From positions 1-34,920 of the IMG/VR virus record IMGVR_UViG_3300044676_003044: DNA of 34,920 nucleotides, one strand, 5' to 3'. Position 1 is the first letter of the stretch; each line of letters starts with the position of its first letter. Origin of the DNA: a virus (lineage: Duplodnaviria; Caudoviricetes). The notes below the pieces were generated by a model. The model had not been told where the DNA came from. It saw only the letters and a program-made list of their open reading frames with translations, and searched no databases. Position numbers and translations under genes: made by a program. Positions 25,956 to 33,967 of the stretch are shown piece by piece.

Positions 25956-26086
25956 TTCTTTTTCTTTGCAGTTTTAGCAGAACGGATAAAGTCCGCTTTT
26001 GCAGGAGCACCCTTCTGACCAGCTTTTCGCATAGGCTTTCCAGCTTTGCGTTTCGCATGGATATTAGCGTAGAGTCCCTTTTTCAT
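25952..26086 (-). CDS. Small Lys-rich phage protein (44 aa)
   Basis: MKKGLYANIHAKRKAGKPMRKAGQKGAP..ADF..SAKTAKK matches a recurrent small phage ORF type as recalled; ATGA overlaps at both ends support the 26086 start. Confidence 0.8.
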   Translation of the reverse strand: MKKGLYANIHAKRKAGKPMRKAGQKGAPAKADFIRSAKTAKKKK

Positions 26087-26241
26087 TTGCGCCCCATTTT
26101 CTTCATGCACATGCCTTTGGCCTTGCAAGCCTTGGGATTGGGACAGGTAGCACAAGGCTTGAAAGCTTTGTTCATTGCGCCTTTTTTACCGGAGGTCATT
26201 GGCTTTTTCTTCATCATTGGTTTCTTGTTTCCGTACATCAT
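26083..26241 (-). CDS. Small Lys/Met-rich protein with four Cys (possible zinc site)
   Basis: MMYGNKKPMMKKKP...FKPCATCPNPKACKAKGMC; the start lies 2 nt after the endolysin stop. Confidence 0.72.
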   Translation of the reverse strand: MMYGNKKPMMKKKPMTSGKKGAMNKAFKPCATCPNPKACKAKGMCMKKMGRK

Positions 26242-26242
26242 T

Positions 26243-26626
26243 TTAGTAACTCCAAAGTGCTGGTTCTGAGCGATGGTCAACGTGAATAAAACGATTATTG
26301 AAGTCTCCCTTCTGCGAGATTCCAATTCCTTTAAAGCCTAAATCTATGGCTAACTTGATCAACTTGTGTGCGTCTTCACCGTATACCTGAAAATCCAGTG
26401 CTTCCCCTTTTGCATGGTATCCGGTGGATTTTCCTCTTTCTGTTTTGACTCGTTCCACGGGGTGGTCGGGACTGCGAAAACCAGAGGTGACTCGCAAGGG
26501 TTTGCCGAAGGCAATTCGCAACTCTTCAATCCGTGCTAAAAATTCGGGGTTCATTTCGCACTTGCCCGAATACTTGCACTCCAATTCTTTACGACTGAAA
26601 TGTTCGGAGGAATCAACTGTTGTCAT
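26243..26626 (-). CDS. Endolysin, peptidase M15 family (zinc D-Ala-D-Ala peptidase fold)
   Basis: HFS..EL.C, LRIAFGKPLRVTSGFRS, H..GEALD, FIHVD (H-D-H zinc ligands). The start at MTTVDSSEHF avoids a long overlap with the upstream gene. Confidence 0.9.
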   Translation of the reverse strand: MTTVDSSEHFSRKELECKYSGKCEMNPEFLARIEELRIAFGKPLRVTSGFRSPDHPVERVKTERGKSTGYHAKGEALDFQVYGEDAHKLIKLAIDLGFKGIGISQKGDFNNRFIHVDHRSEPALWSY

Positions 26627-26888
26627 TTGCTCGACTCCGTTTCCGGTAAGATTTAAGGGCTTTAATTCCCAGTACAAGTAGGACGGGTGCACCAAACAGT
26701 GCTGCAAGTCCTTCTGCTGCTCCTGTGTCCAGTAAGAGGTCAAGAGTATCAAGAGCCAGATCGTCAGAATTAGCAGTGCTAACTGTGCTAACCAGTTCAT
26801 CGGTAACTGTTTCGATCACAACATTTTCTGTTTGCGTTGATACGGAGTCTACGACTTGCTCGACCACAGTCTTCATTAGATCGTCCAT
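26613..26888 (-). CDS. Small membrane protein, holin/antiholin candidate
   Basis: Acidic N-terminus, one hydrophobic segment GLAALFGAPVLLVLGI, basic C-terminus; directly upstream of the endolysin. Confidence 0.55.
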   Translation of the reverse strand: MDDLMKTVVEQVVDSVSTQTENVVIETVTDELVSTVSTANSDDLALDTLDLLLDTGAAEGLAALFGAPVLLVLGIKALKSYRKRSRANDNS

Positions 26889-26892
26889 ACAT

Positions 26893-27222
26893 TTAACTCT
26901 GCTTTATAATGTTTAAACAGATTTTAGCGTACTCTTCACCGAAGGCTGTTCGGTCTTCCTGCGTCATGTTGACTATTTCAGGCTGAGTAAAGTTATGACG
27001 ATAGTTATCGATCATGCAACTACAGTTTTGGATAGACATCTGTAGTGCAAATTGATGCGGAATACCGTCTCCCATGTATTGTAACTTCAGTTGTTCTGAG
27101 CATTGATAGACCCATTGAAGTAGAAAGATTGTCTGATATTCGTTAGACCCTTCATGTGCTGGTGCGATTGGGGGCATCACACAAGTAGAGAGTACAAAGA
27201 GAAAAGTAATTAAGTATTTCAT
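26893..27222 (-). CDS. Secreted or lipoprotein-like Cys-containing protein
   Basis: Signal-like MKYLITFLFVLSTC; C...CSC...C pattern suggesting disulfides. Confidence 0.65.
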   Translation of the reverse strand: MKYLITFLFVLSTCVMPPIAPAHEGSNEYQTIFLLQWVYQCSEQLKLQYMGDGIPHQFALQMSIQNCSCMIDNYRHNFTQPEIVNMTQEDRTAFGEEYAKICLNIIKQS

Positions 27223-27227
27223 ATTGT

Positions 27228-27503
27228 TCACCATTTGACCTTATTGGCCCAGTAAGCGGCAGACATTTTGCCCTTGGCAATGTTTTTAGCGTGTCTAGCT
27301 TTAAAGGATTTACGTTTAGCTTTCATTCTAGCAGACTCACCTGCTTTCGGTTTTCCTGCAGTCGAAGCGCCTTTTTCACCGAAGCGAATGACTTTTTCCT
27401 TGCCGTTAGCACAAGCCTTGACGATATGAGACTTCTTAGGATGACCGGAAGTAGCACGGGGACTATTACATTTCATTGCCTTCTTATTGACTCTTGCTGC
27501 CAT
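27228..27503 (-). CDS. Conserved basic phage protein (HPKKSH...IRFG...SFKARH...SAAYWANKVKW type)
   Basis: Highly Lys/Arg-rich with a motif pattern recalled from aquatic phages; function unknown. Confidence 0.8.
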   Translation of the reverse strand: MAARVNKKAMKCNSPRATSGHPKKSHIVKACANGKEKVIRFGEKGASTAGKPKAGESARMKAKRKSFKARHAKNIAKGKMSAAYWANKVKW

Positions 27504-27504
27504 C

Positions 27505-27789
27505 TTATTTCCTGCTGTTTTCCATCGTTGACTTGAGTTCGGATATGGCTACCGTCATGTTCTTTAACGTTTCATTAACAGACTGTAAAACTGAGAGTAA
27601 CTGGGCATTGCTCGTAGCTTGCAATTCTCGAAGCGCCTTGTCTGCTTCGGTATCCTTGTTGATCCAAAGTTCTTCACGTTGCCTATGTGTGTCCGTTAGA
27701 TATTTTATGTACCAGAAGGAACATAATAGTGCTGCCATTGTGCCTCCTAAAGAGGAGAGCATTTCAATAAAGGAGGCTTCTATCGGCAT
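27505..27789 (-). CDS. Holin-like protein (single TM + coiled coil, BhlA-like architecture)
   Basis: N-terminal hydrophobic LSSLGGTMAALLCSFWYI followed by a coiled coil; lies in the lysis region. Confidence 0.6.
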   Translation of the reverse strand: MPIEASFIEMLSSLGGTMAALLCSFWYIKYLTDTHRQREELWINKDTEADKALRELQATSNAQLLSVLQSVNETLKNMTVAISELKSTMENSRK

Positions 27790-27804
27790 AGTTTTACTCA
27801 GTAA

Positions 27805-28086
27805 TTAAATTGAATTAAATTCGTAGACTTGAATTCCAGTGCTGTTATCTATCGTAGATTCAGAACTACTATCGCTTTCGCTACTACTGTCGGAATCGCT
27901 ATTACTGTCGCTATTGCTGTCAACATCAACATCCATCGAATCGTTATCTGGCGGATCAGTCAGATTGTTTTGAGTGTCTATATTGATGTGAATCTCAATC
28001 GGATTCGCTTCGCTATCGTTGCCCTCAGAAGCTGGGTAGTCTGAACAGGCAAACAATGCGAGTGGGAGTAGGAATAAGTATTTCAT
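27805..28086 (-). CDS. Putative lipoprotein with Ser/Asp-repeat tract
   Basis: MKYLFLLPLALFAC signal with Cys14; DSNSDSNSDSDSSSESDSSSES tract. Confidence 0.72.
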   Translation of the reverse strand: MKYLFLLPLALFACSDYPASEGNDSEANPIEIHINIDTQNNLTDPPDNDSMDVDVDSNSDSNSDSDSSSESDSSSESTIDNSTGIQVYEFNSI

Positions 28087-29861
28087 TAGTTGGCCTCTAG
28101 TGCTTCGATTCGTGCGGTAAGTGCGTCAATTTGAGACTGTTGGGATTCGATTAGTGCTTGTTGTTCTTGGATGGCTTTGACGCACATTGCAATAATTGGT
28201 CGGTCAGTAAAACCCCACTCATAATCAGGGTTCCCGTCTTCATCAAAAACCTGCTCAAGAATTGGCTCATCATTCTCATCTCTTCCGACTTCGGTGTATT
28301 TTAATGCTCTAGGCGCAGCCTCTGGCAAAACAGGATAAATATCTTGAGCAAAAAACCCTAACTGCTGAGTGTTGCTTTCGTCATTCTTCCACGAAAAATA
28401 CTTCGGGATAATTTGCTGGACAACATTTATTGCTGAATCGGTGATGACTCCTAAATCGTTTTTTAATCTAGCATCAGAAGTTGTAATGAGGTTTTTGCTG
28501 GCATCTGTCTGAACATCAGAACTTGCGCTTAAATTGCTTATATTAACATTCCCACTGGAGTCAAGGTACATAGCTCCTGTGTTGTTTGGCGCAAGAATTA
28601 TCGATGAAGCCTCGAAAGTTCTTATAGTCAATCCATCTGAAATACCAGTAGCACTTCTGTAGTTATTTTGAATAATTGCCGACGCAGTGCCATCATGACT
28701 AAATTGGAGAACCGCTCTACTATCGTCATATATTTCACCGCTATCAATAGTTAAATAAACAAACTTATTGCTAGCTCCACCTAAATCGGTGTGAATTCTA
28801 GAGTTAGCTGTTTCATTTACTACAACATCCAGTCTTTCACTCGGACTCGTCCCAATCCCAACATTGCCGCTAGCATCAATCACAAATGGCGTACTATCTG
28901 GATTTGCTGAATCTTCAACAACTAGCGCATTACCAGAACCTGTTTGCGTGATACGCAGAGCATCTGAGGAGGAGTTGTTTTTAATCTGAACTGACTGGTT
29001 GCTATCAATGCGCATTGCTTCAGTCGGACTACTCGCACCATCTTTAGTGGTAGAGAATACCAAGCGTCCGGGCATGTCGTTTGTACCAGGAGTCCCGTCT
29101 ACTGCAGCAGTAATATGAGCAGCATTTAAAAATCTTGTTCCGTCATCTCCGGCAAAAGTGATCGCTCCCAGTGTTGCTTCGCTTGGTACTAGCGCATTTG
29201 TTCCTGGTGTTGAAGACCCAGAGCGAGCCAACCAATGGGTTGGACTATAAAAAGCTCCTGTTGCTGTGGCAAACCACACGACTTGTGAAAAGCCAGCGCT
29301 AGCAGCATTAGCACCAGAAAATTGTATTGGAGGAGTTCGATCTGTTGTTGTCTGTACATCTCTGAAATTATTAAACGGACTAGACGTACCTGTTAAAAGC
29401 CGACCAGAACTATCGACAACAAAAGGCGTACTATCTGGATTTGTAGAATCTTCAACAACTAACGCATTGCCTGAGCCTGTTTGTGTGATTCGTACTAAGT
29501 CACCACTAGACGATCCTTCAAGCACTGCAGCATCAGCAGTAAGCGTCACCACCCCACCAGACTCACTAAGCACGTTGTTGCCTTGACTATCTGTGATCGG
29601 TAGGGCGATCAATTCTGAGTGATCGTTTCGCAGGATAATGCTGACTGTATCTCCATTCGCAGGAGCAGGAGTAATCGTCAGAGTTGTACCATCAAAAGAA
29701 TATTCGTTATCAACCCGACTTAGCCGAACACCATTCAGAAAGACATCTTCATAAAGTGCTACTCCACCAATCGTAGCGAAGGTGGTAGTGCTGCCATCTC
29801 CGGTAAACTGCTGACGAGACTGTAGGCTTTGTGGTACGGGTTGGGTTCCGATGTAACTCAT
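28086..29861 (-). CDS. Tail fibre/spike with C-terminal intramolecular chaperone (peptidase S74-type)
   Basis: FTGDGSTTTF and VFLNGV N-terminal domain, GNVGIGT repeats, SDARLKNDL cleavage motif, GFFAQD, KAIQEQQ..I..L..RI.ALE coiled coil. Confidence 0.9.
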   Translation of the reverse strand: MSYIGTQPVPQSLQSRQQFTGDGSTTTFATIGGVALYEDVFLNGVRLSRVDNEYSFDGTTLTITPAPANGDTVSIILRNDHSELIALPITDSQGNNVLSESGGVVTLTADAAVLEGSSSGDLVRITQTGSGNALVVEDSTNPDSTPFVVDSSGRLLTGTSSPFNNFRDVQTTTDRTPPIQFSGANAASAGFSQVVWFATATGAFYSPTHWLARSGSSTPGTNALVPSEATLGAITFAGDDGTRFLNAAHITAAVDGTPGTNDMPGRLVFSTTKDGASSPTEAMRIDSNQSVQIKNNSSSDALRITQTGSGNALVVEDSANPDSTPFVIDASGNVGIGTSPSERLDVVVNETANSRIHTDLGGASNKFVYLTIDSGEIYDDSRAVLQFSHDGTASAIIQNNYRSATGISDGLTIRTFEASSIILAPNNTGAMYLDSSGNVNISNLSASSDVQTDASKNLITTSDARLKNDLGVITDSAINVVQQIIPKYFSWKNDESNTQQLGFFAQDIYPVLPEAAPRALKYTEVGRDENDEPILEQVFDEDGNPDYEWGFTDRPIIAMCVKAIQEQQALIESQQSQIDALTARIEALEAN

Positions 29862-30112
29862 GCAACTTCCTGTGCTGCTAAGTGGGCGGTGTAAGCATCT
29901 TTGACTTCCTGCGTATGTACTGCTGCTGCCACTGCTTGAACTTTCGGATCTTTGTCGGTTGTGTCATCTAGTGGAGAAACTATATAGCGATGATAAGACT
30001 GTGAGATGACATTGCCATCTTCTAGGACTTGGATTGCTTCACGGACTTGAATGTGGTTGTAGGGTGAAACAATTTCAATTTTATCTGTGATGGTTTGTTT
30101 GGTTAGTGCCAT
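29858..30112 (-). CDS. Conserved small tail-fibre-associated protein (probable chaperone)
   Basis: MALTKQTITDKIEIV..YNHIQVRE.....EDG..IS.SYHR pattern, recalled as typically following DDYEEGT-type fibre genes. Confidence 0.75.
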   Translation of the reverse strand: MALTKQTITDKIEIVSPYNHIQVREAIQVLEDGNVISQSYHRYIVSPLDDTTDKDPKVQAVAAAVHTQEVKDAYTAHLAAQEVA

Positions 30113-30125
30113 TGATTAAATCCTT

Positions 30126-30668
30126 TTATACTACCCTATAAGTTAGCGAAAATGCGATATCACTTGTGCCACTTATGCCAATATCTTGAACTTTCAGTAA
30201 AGAATCTATCGTATTATCACCCATTTTACGAATTGTTGCGTAATTCGTACTTGGGGCACTAATGGCAGATAAAAAACCACCACCAGTTATTATCTTGTCG
30301 CAAATAACTGCGCCTGTGCCTATACCTTGATTTGAAATCGATTTTGCCGTAAAAGGCAAATTTCGGAAATATAGAGTATATGTAGCAGTTGCACCACTGG
30401 TATCAATATTATAGAAATTAAAATGAATTGTAACAAGGTTGCCGATTTTTGTATAAGCACCATAATTTACGTTAGACGTAAGCTGATTCCCACCACTGTT
30501 CGCATCATAAACTTCTGGCGTAAACGTTCCCTCCTCGTAGTCATCCAAGATCCCACCAGTAACGGTTCCCGACCCATCTGTACTAGTCCCAAAATTAACT
30601 CCTCCACTCGGAACAACGATCTGACTACTGGAATTGATTGTGCTTGCTAATGTTCGTGCATTACTCAT
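30126..30668 (-). CDS. Short tail-fibre tip / receptor-binding protein
   Basis: LDDYEEGTFTP, YTKIGNLVTI and NLPF fibre-tip motifs. Confidence 0.8.
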   Translation of the reverse strand: MSNARTLASTINSSSQIVVPSGGVNFGTSTDGSGTVTGGILDDYEEGTFTPEVYDANSGGNQLTSNVNYGAYTKIGNLVTIHFNFYNIDTSGATATYTLYFRNLPFTAKSISNQGIGTGAVICDKIITGGGFLSAISAPSTNYATIRKMGDNTIDSLLKVQDIGISGTSDIAFSLTYRVV

Positions 30669-30954
30669 AAACAGGCCACGTTACGTTGGTTAGATTTCCT
30701 TGATCGTCTAGTTGTGGGTCTGCGGTTGCTGGTAGATCCCGTAGGGCTTGTCGGTAGTCGATTTGTGCTTGTGTCATTACTCTGTCGGATACAGCCATCC
30801 AATCGGATTGCTGGAGTAGTTGGTTGCGTTGTTCTCTGAGTAAATTTAATGCTCTTGCTGGCAAGTCTGCTATGTGTTGGCTAAGTCTGCTTTCGTAATC
30901 TACAAGTTCATCCTGAGTTAAATCAACATAGACTCCATTAACCATCTTCTTCAT
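30661..30954 (-). CDS. Tail fibre assembly chaperone
   Basis: LREQRNQLLQQSDW...YRQALRDLP...WP signature. Confidence 0.85.
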   Translation of the reverse strand: MKKMVNGVYVDLTQDELVDYESRLSQHIADLPARALNLLREQRNQLLQQSDWMAVSDRVMTQAQIDYRQALRDLPATADPQLDDQGNLTNVTWPVYE

Positions 30955-31544
30955 TCTTTTATCCCATAAATAGATATGTTGCCGCTAAATGTTCCTGCCG
31001 ATGGATAAATATTACAACCAGCAAATGAGGTTGCTGAATCCACATTCCCACCTTGAGCCATTAAAATGTATACAGATCCAGCAGTTCGCTCAGTTAAATT
31101 CGTTCCAGAATAAAATGTGTCTGAAGCCAAATACGGTTTATAAATAGTGTAATCAAAGCACACCTGATCTCCAGTTGTGTGGTCTAGTTCCCAATAAGAC
31201 ACATCATTACCTGTGTTGGTTCTAAAATTATTTTCATCATCGTACCCATATCCAGTAAACGAATAAACACTGGTAGTAAATTCTGTTGTTCCTGATGTAA
31301 AAAAGCTAAATCTTAATTGTCCCGATAACCCAGAAACCTCTCCAACTAATTTGTAGTTTCTAAAATCACTACTAAAAACATCTTCAAACGCAACACTGCT
31401 AACTGATGAAAAAGATTGTGTCAGCATTAACTGTAACGAAGCACCCTTATCTGCTGGTAAGGCAGGAAACACCACCCTACTGCCAATCGTGCCATCATCA
31501 AAACTAACTAAACTGCTGGATCGTTTGCTTCCGATGTAACTCAT
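30951..31544 (-). CDS. Short tail-fibre tip / receptor-binding protein
   Basis: MSYIG start; SSVSSVAF..VFSSDFRNYKL...GTFSGNISIYG pattern of phage fibre-tip modules; followed by a chaperone gene. Confidence 0.75.
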   Translation of the reverse strand: MSYIGSKRSSSLVSFDDGTIGSRVVFPALPADKGASLQLMLTQSFSSVSSVAFEDVFSSDFRNYKLVGEVSGLSGQLRFSFFTSGTTEFTTSVYSFTGYGYDDENNFRTNTGNDVSYWELDHTTGDQVCFDYTIYKPYLASDTFYSGTNLTERTAGSVYILMAQGGNVDSATSFAGCNIYPSAGTFSGNISIYGIKE

Positions 31545-31879
31545 CAGGTAATCTCCAGATAACTGAGATGTACATCTACGGCTGATGCCGAGTCTGCTGT
31601 GACCGTCAAGTTTTCATTCGGCACAAGTACCAGCTTTCCACCGTCTAAAAGATTTACAGAAGACCCCACTGGAATTGGAATATTTGTGATGTAGCTGGTG
31701 TAGCTAGGAGTCCCGGTATCGTACTTAATTTCAACGGTTAGTGTACGAGACGCAGAAGATTTGTTTGAGGCTATCAATCCGATGCAAACAACTTCTGTTG
31801 CTGAAGCAACATCTGACGCTAAGACATCTGTCCTTGATGTTCCTGCTGTTTCGGTTTTTCGGAGGAATGCGTTTGCCAT
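31544..31879 (-). CDS. Small beta-rich virion structural protein (MANAF type)
   Basis: MANAF...GL..SN...IPVGSS....GGKLVL...L.V......VD..LSYLEIT; follows a fibre gene ending in MAIALG. Confidence 0.75.
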   Translation of the reverse strand: MANAFLRKTETAGTSRTDVLASDVASATEVVCIGLIASNKSSASRTLTVEIKYDTGTPSYTSYITNIPIPVGSSVNLLDGGKLVLVPNENLTVTADSASAVDVHLSYLEIT

Positions 31880-31882
31880 TTA

Positions 31883-33967
31883 TTATCCTAAAGCTATTGC
31901 CATTACGACAGGATCTGCGCCTGTTGCGCCAGTATCGTCAGTTGCGTATTCTAGTCCTGTTCCTGCTGAGTTTACTTTTAGTACCTGCCCTGCCGACCCC
32001 AAGGCAGTTAGTCCAGTTCCACCGTTGGCTACTGGAAGAACCCCTGTTACATCTGAAGCAAGATCTGCTGAAGTTAGTGCGTCTGTGATTCCGTATCCGC
32101 TTATTGTTGTTGGCTTCCCAGATAAAGAACTGAATGCACCGTCAAATGCGTCTGTAATTCCGTATCCAGCTATTGTGGTAGGAGTAGAAGTCAGGTCAGC
32201 AAATGCCCCAGAGGTTGCTACAGTTGCAAATCCAGCTTCTGCAGGTGTCTGATTAATCCATTCACTTGCTGTGGTATCGTAAGCGAGTAGTTCATTATCT
32301 GCTACTGTGCTAATCGTGACATCGGCAAGAGTGCTGACAGTGGAAGGGATTGTTGGCTTTCCACTAAGATCTGCATACGCACCAGAAAATGCGTCAGTGA
32401 TTCCGTACCCTGCAATCGTGGTTGGTTTACTCGATAAATCTGCAAAGACTCCTGAGAAAGCGTCAGTGATTCCATACCCAGCAACAGTTGTAGGTTTTGA
32501 AGAGAGTGAGGCAAAAGCACCGTCAAACGCATCAGTGATTCCGTACCCTGCAATCGTGGTTGGAGTAGTTGATAGATCTGTGAACGCACCGGATGTGGCT
32601 ACAGTTGCAAATCCTGCTTCGGCTGGTGTCTGGTTTATCCACTCACTTGTTGCGTAATCGTAAGCAAGTAACTCATTGTCAGCTACCGTTGTTACCGTGA
32701 CATTTGTTAAACTGTCTACTGTTGTTGGGATAGTGGGTTTTCCACTTAAATCCGAATATGCGCCTGAGAAAGCGTCAGTGATTCCGTACCCTGCAATCGT
32801 GGTAGGCTTTGAATTTAAAGAAGAAAATACACCGTCAAACGCATCAGTGATTCCGTACCCTGCAATCGTGGTTGGTGTACTTCCAACATCTGCAAAAGTA
32901 ATCGCTAAATGACTTTTTAGCGTAGCGGCATCTACGGTTGTGCTAATTGTGCCACTGGTTGTGATCGGGCTTCCTGAGAATGTGATTCCATTCGCACCTG
33001 TCAAGCCTACACTGGTGACCGTTCCGGTTCCTGACCCAGTAATCCATTCGATGTCATTTGCAGTGCTGTTGACTGCGAGAATTTTTCCTGCGTTGTTCGT
33101 GTAGCTTGGGAGAATGTCAGCAGCAGTTGGAACAGGAAGGGTGATATTGGAAGTGGTTGTACTGTCGGATAAGCTGAAGTTGATGGTAGTGGAGTTGACT
33201 TGGTTGACATCGGTAACAGAAACTCCATCGTTTCCGTCTACTCCGTCTGTTCCGTCTGCACCAGCAGGGATGTTGAAGATCAGTTCTCGATTCTGAGAAT
33301 TGCTGGTTCCGGTTTCCGTCACACTGGCAGATGATCCTGCCGCTAACGTGTTTGTAGAGTCTACAGTGACAGTAGCAGCATCTCCTGCAGGGCCACGGAT
33401 TCCTGAGATCTGGGTCGGAGAAGAACCGTCATCGTAGTTGATTGTCAGCACATCTCCTGATTTGGAGATGCTTGAGATACTACGACCTGCAGGGCCAACA
33501 TCACCTTGCGGCAGACTTATTGTCTGATTAGCTAGTGTGTCGGTAAACTGAAAGGTAATCGTGTTGTTCTGAGAATCGTGTGTAAGTAACTGAATACCAG
33601 TACCGGTATCACCTTTTGGTCCGGTTGGTATTGTAAAGGAGGGTGTGGTTCCAATCGTATAGCTTTGACTGTTCAGGGTATACCCGAAGGTCATTGTGAC
33701 GGTGGAGAGATCGACTGACTGTGTTAAGGATACACTGTCGATGGCTGGGCCTTGTGGGCCTTGTGGGCCTTGAATGTCTGTGTTGTCGGGGAGATCGTTG
33801 TAGAACTGGCTAAAGGTAGTATAGCCTTTGGCAGTGTTGATGGCAGAAGGAATGGGAATGTCATCAAGGTCGAGAAGCGTTGCGTCTGTTTCTAGATCAG
33901 ACCCTTTAACTTTACGGGTCTGAAAGACTACCGTTTCGTTGTTTGACCCTACAACGGAAACCGTCAT
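31883..33967 (-). CDS. Long tail fibre protein with collagen-like and PTTIAGYGITDA repeats
   Basis: GGAGGT RBS and ATGA overlap at 33967; GPQGPQGP; seven PTT(I/V)(A/S)GYGITDA units; VTGVLPVANGGTG; C-terminal MAIALG. Confidence 0.88.
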   Translation of the reverse strand: MTVSVVGSNNETVVFQTRKVKGSDLETDATLLDLDDIPIPSAINTAKGYTTFSQFYNDLPDNTDIQGPQGPQGPAIDSVSLTQSVDLSTVTMTFGYTLNSQSYTIGTTPSFTIPTGPKGDTGTGIQLLTHDSQNNTITFQFTDTLANQTISLPQGDVGPAGRSISSISKSGDVLTINYDDGSSPTQISGIRGPAGDAATVTVDSTNTLAAGSSASVTETGTSNSQNRELIFNIPAGADGTDGVDGNDGVSVTDVNQVNSTTINFSLSDSTTTSNITLPVPTAADILPSYTNNAGKILAVNSTANDIEWITGSGTGTVTSVGLTGANGITFSGSPITTSGTISTTVDAATLKSHLAITFADVGSTPTTIAGYGITDAFDGVFSSLNSKPTTIAGYGITDAFSGAYSDLSGKPTIPTTVDSLTNVTVTTVADNELLAYDYATSEWINQTPAEAGFATVATSGAFTDLSTTPTTIAGYGITDAFDGAFASLSSKPTTVAGYGITDAFSGVFADLSSKPTTIAGYGITDAFSGAYADLSGKPTIPSTVSTLADVTISTVADNELLAYDTTASEWINQTPAEAGFATVATSGAFADLTSTPTTIAGYGITDAFDGAFSSLSGKPTTISGYGITDALTSADLASDVTGVLPVANGGTGLTALGSAGQVLKVNSAGTGLEYATDDTGATGADPVVMAIALG
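32078..32880 (-). repeat. Nested coding repeats in the tail fibre
   Basis: Recurrent GTGATTCCGTACCCTGCAATCGTGGT-type DNA units (69-bp basic period) and two copies of VADNELLAYD...SEWINQTPAEAGFATVATSGAF. Confidence 0.9.

Noticed and set aside
26057-26325. Longer starts for the small basic ORFs (26155, 26325) and the antisense 70-aa ORF
   Set aside because: The extensions overlap neighbouring genes, while the ATG starts at 26086 and 26241 give clean translational coupling.
26627-26800. N-terminal signal-anchor (SAR-like) extension of the endolysin in the ORF track
   Set aside because: It overlaps the 91-aa upstream gene in another frame; the ATG at 26626 gives a typical-length M15 enzyme. Not fully excluded.
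28086-33967. Diversity-generating retroelement or invertase shufflon acting on tail fibres
   Set aside because: No reverse transcriptase or invertase in the window, no repeat pair differing only at adenines was seen, and all fibre genes are co-oriented.
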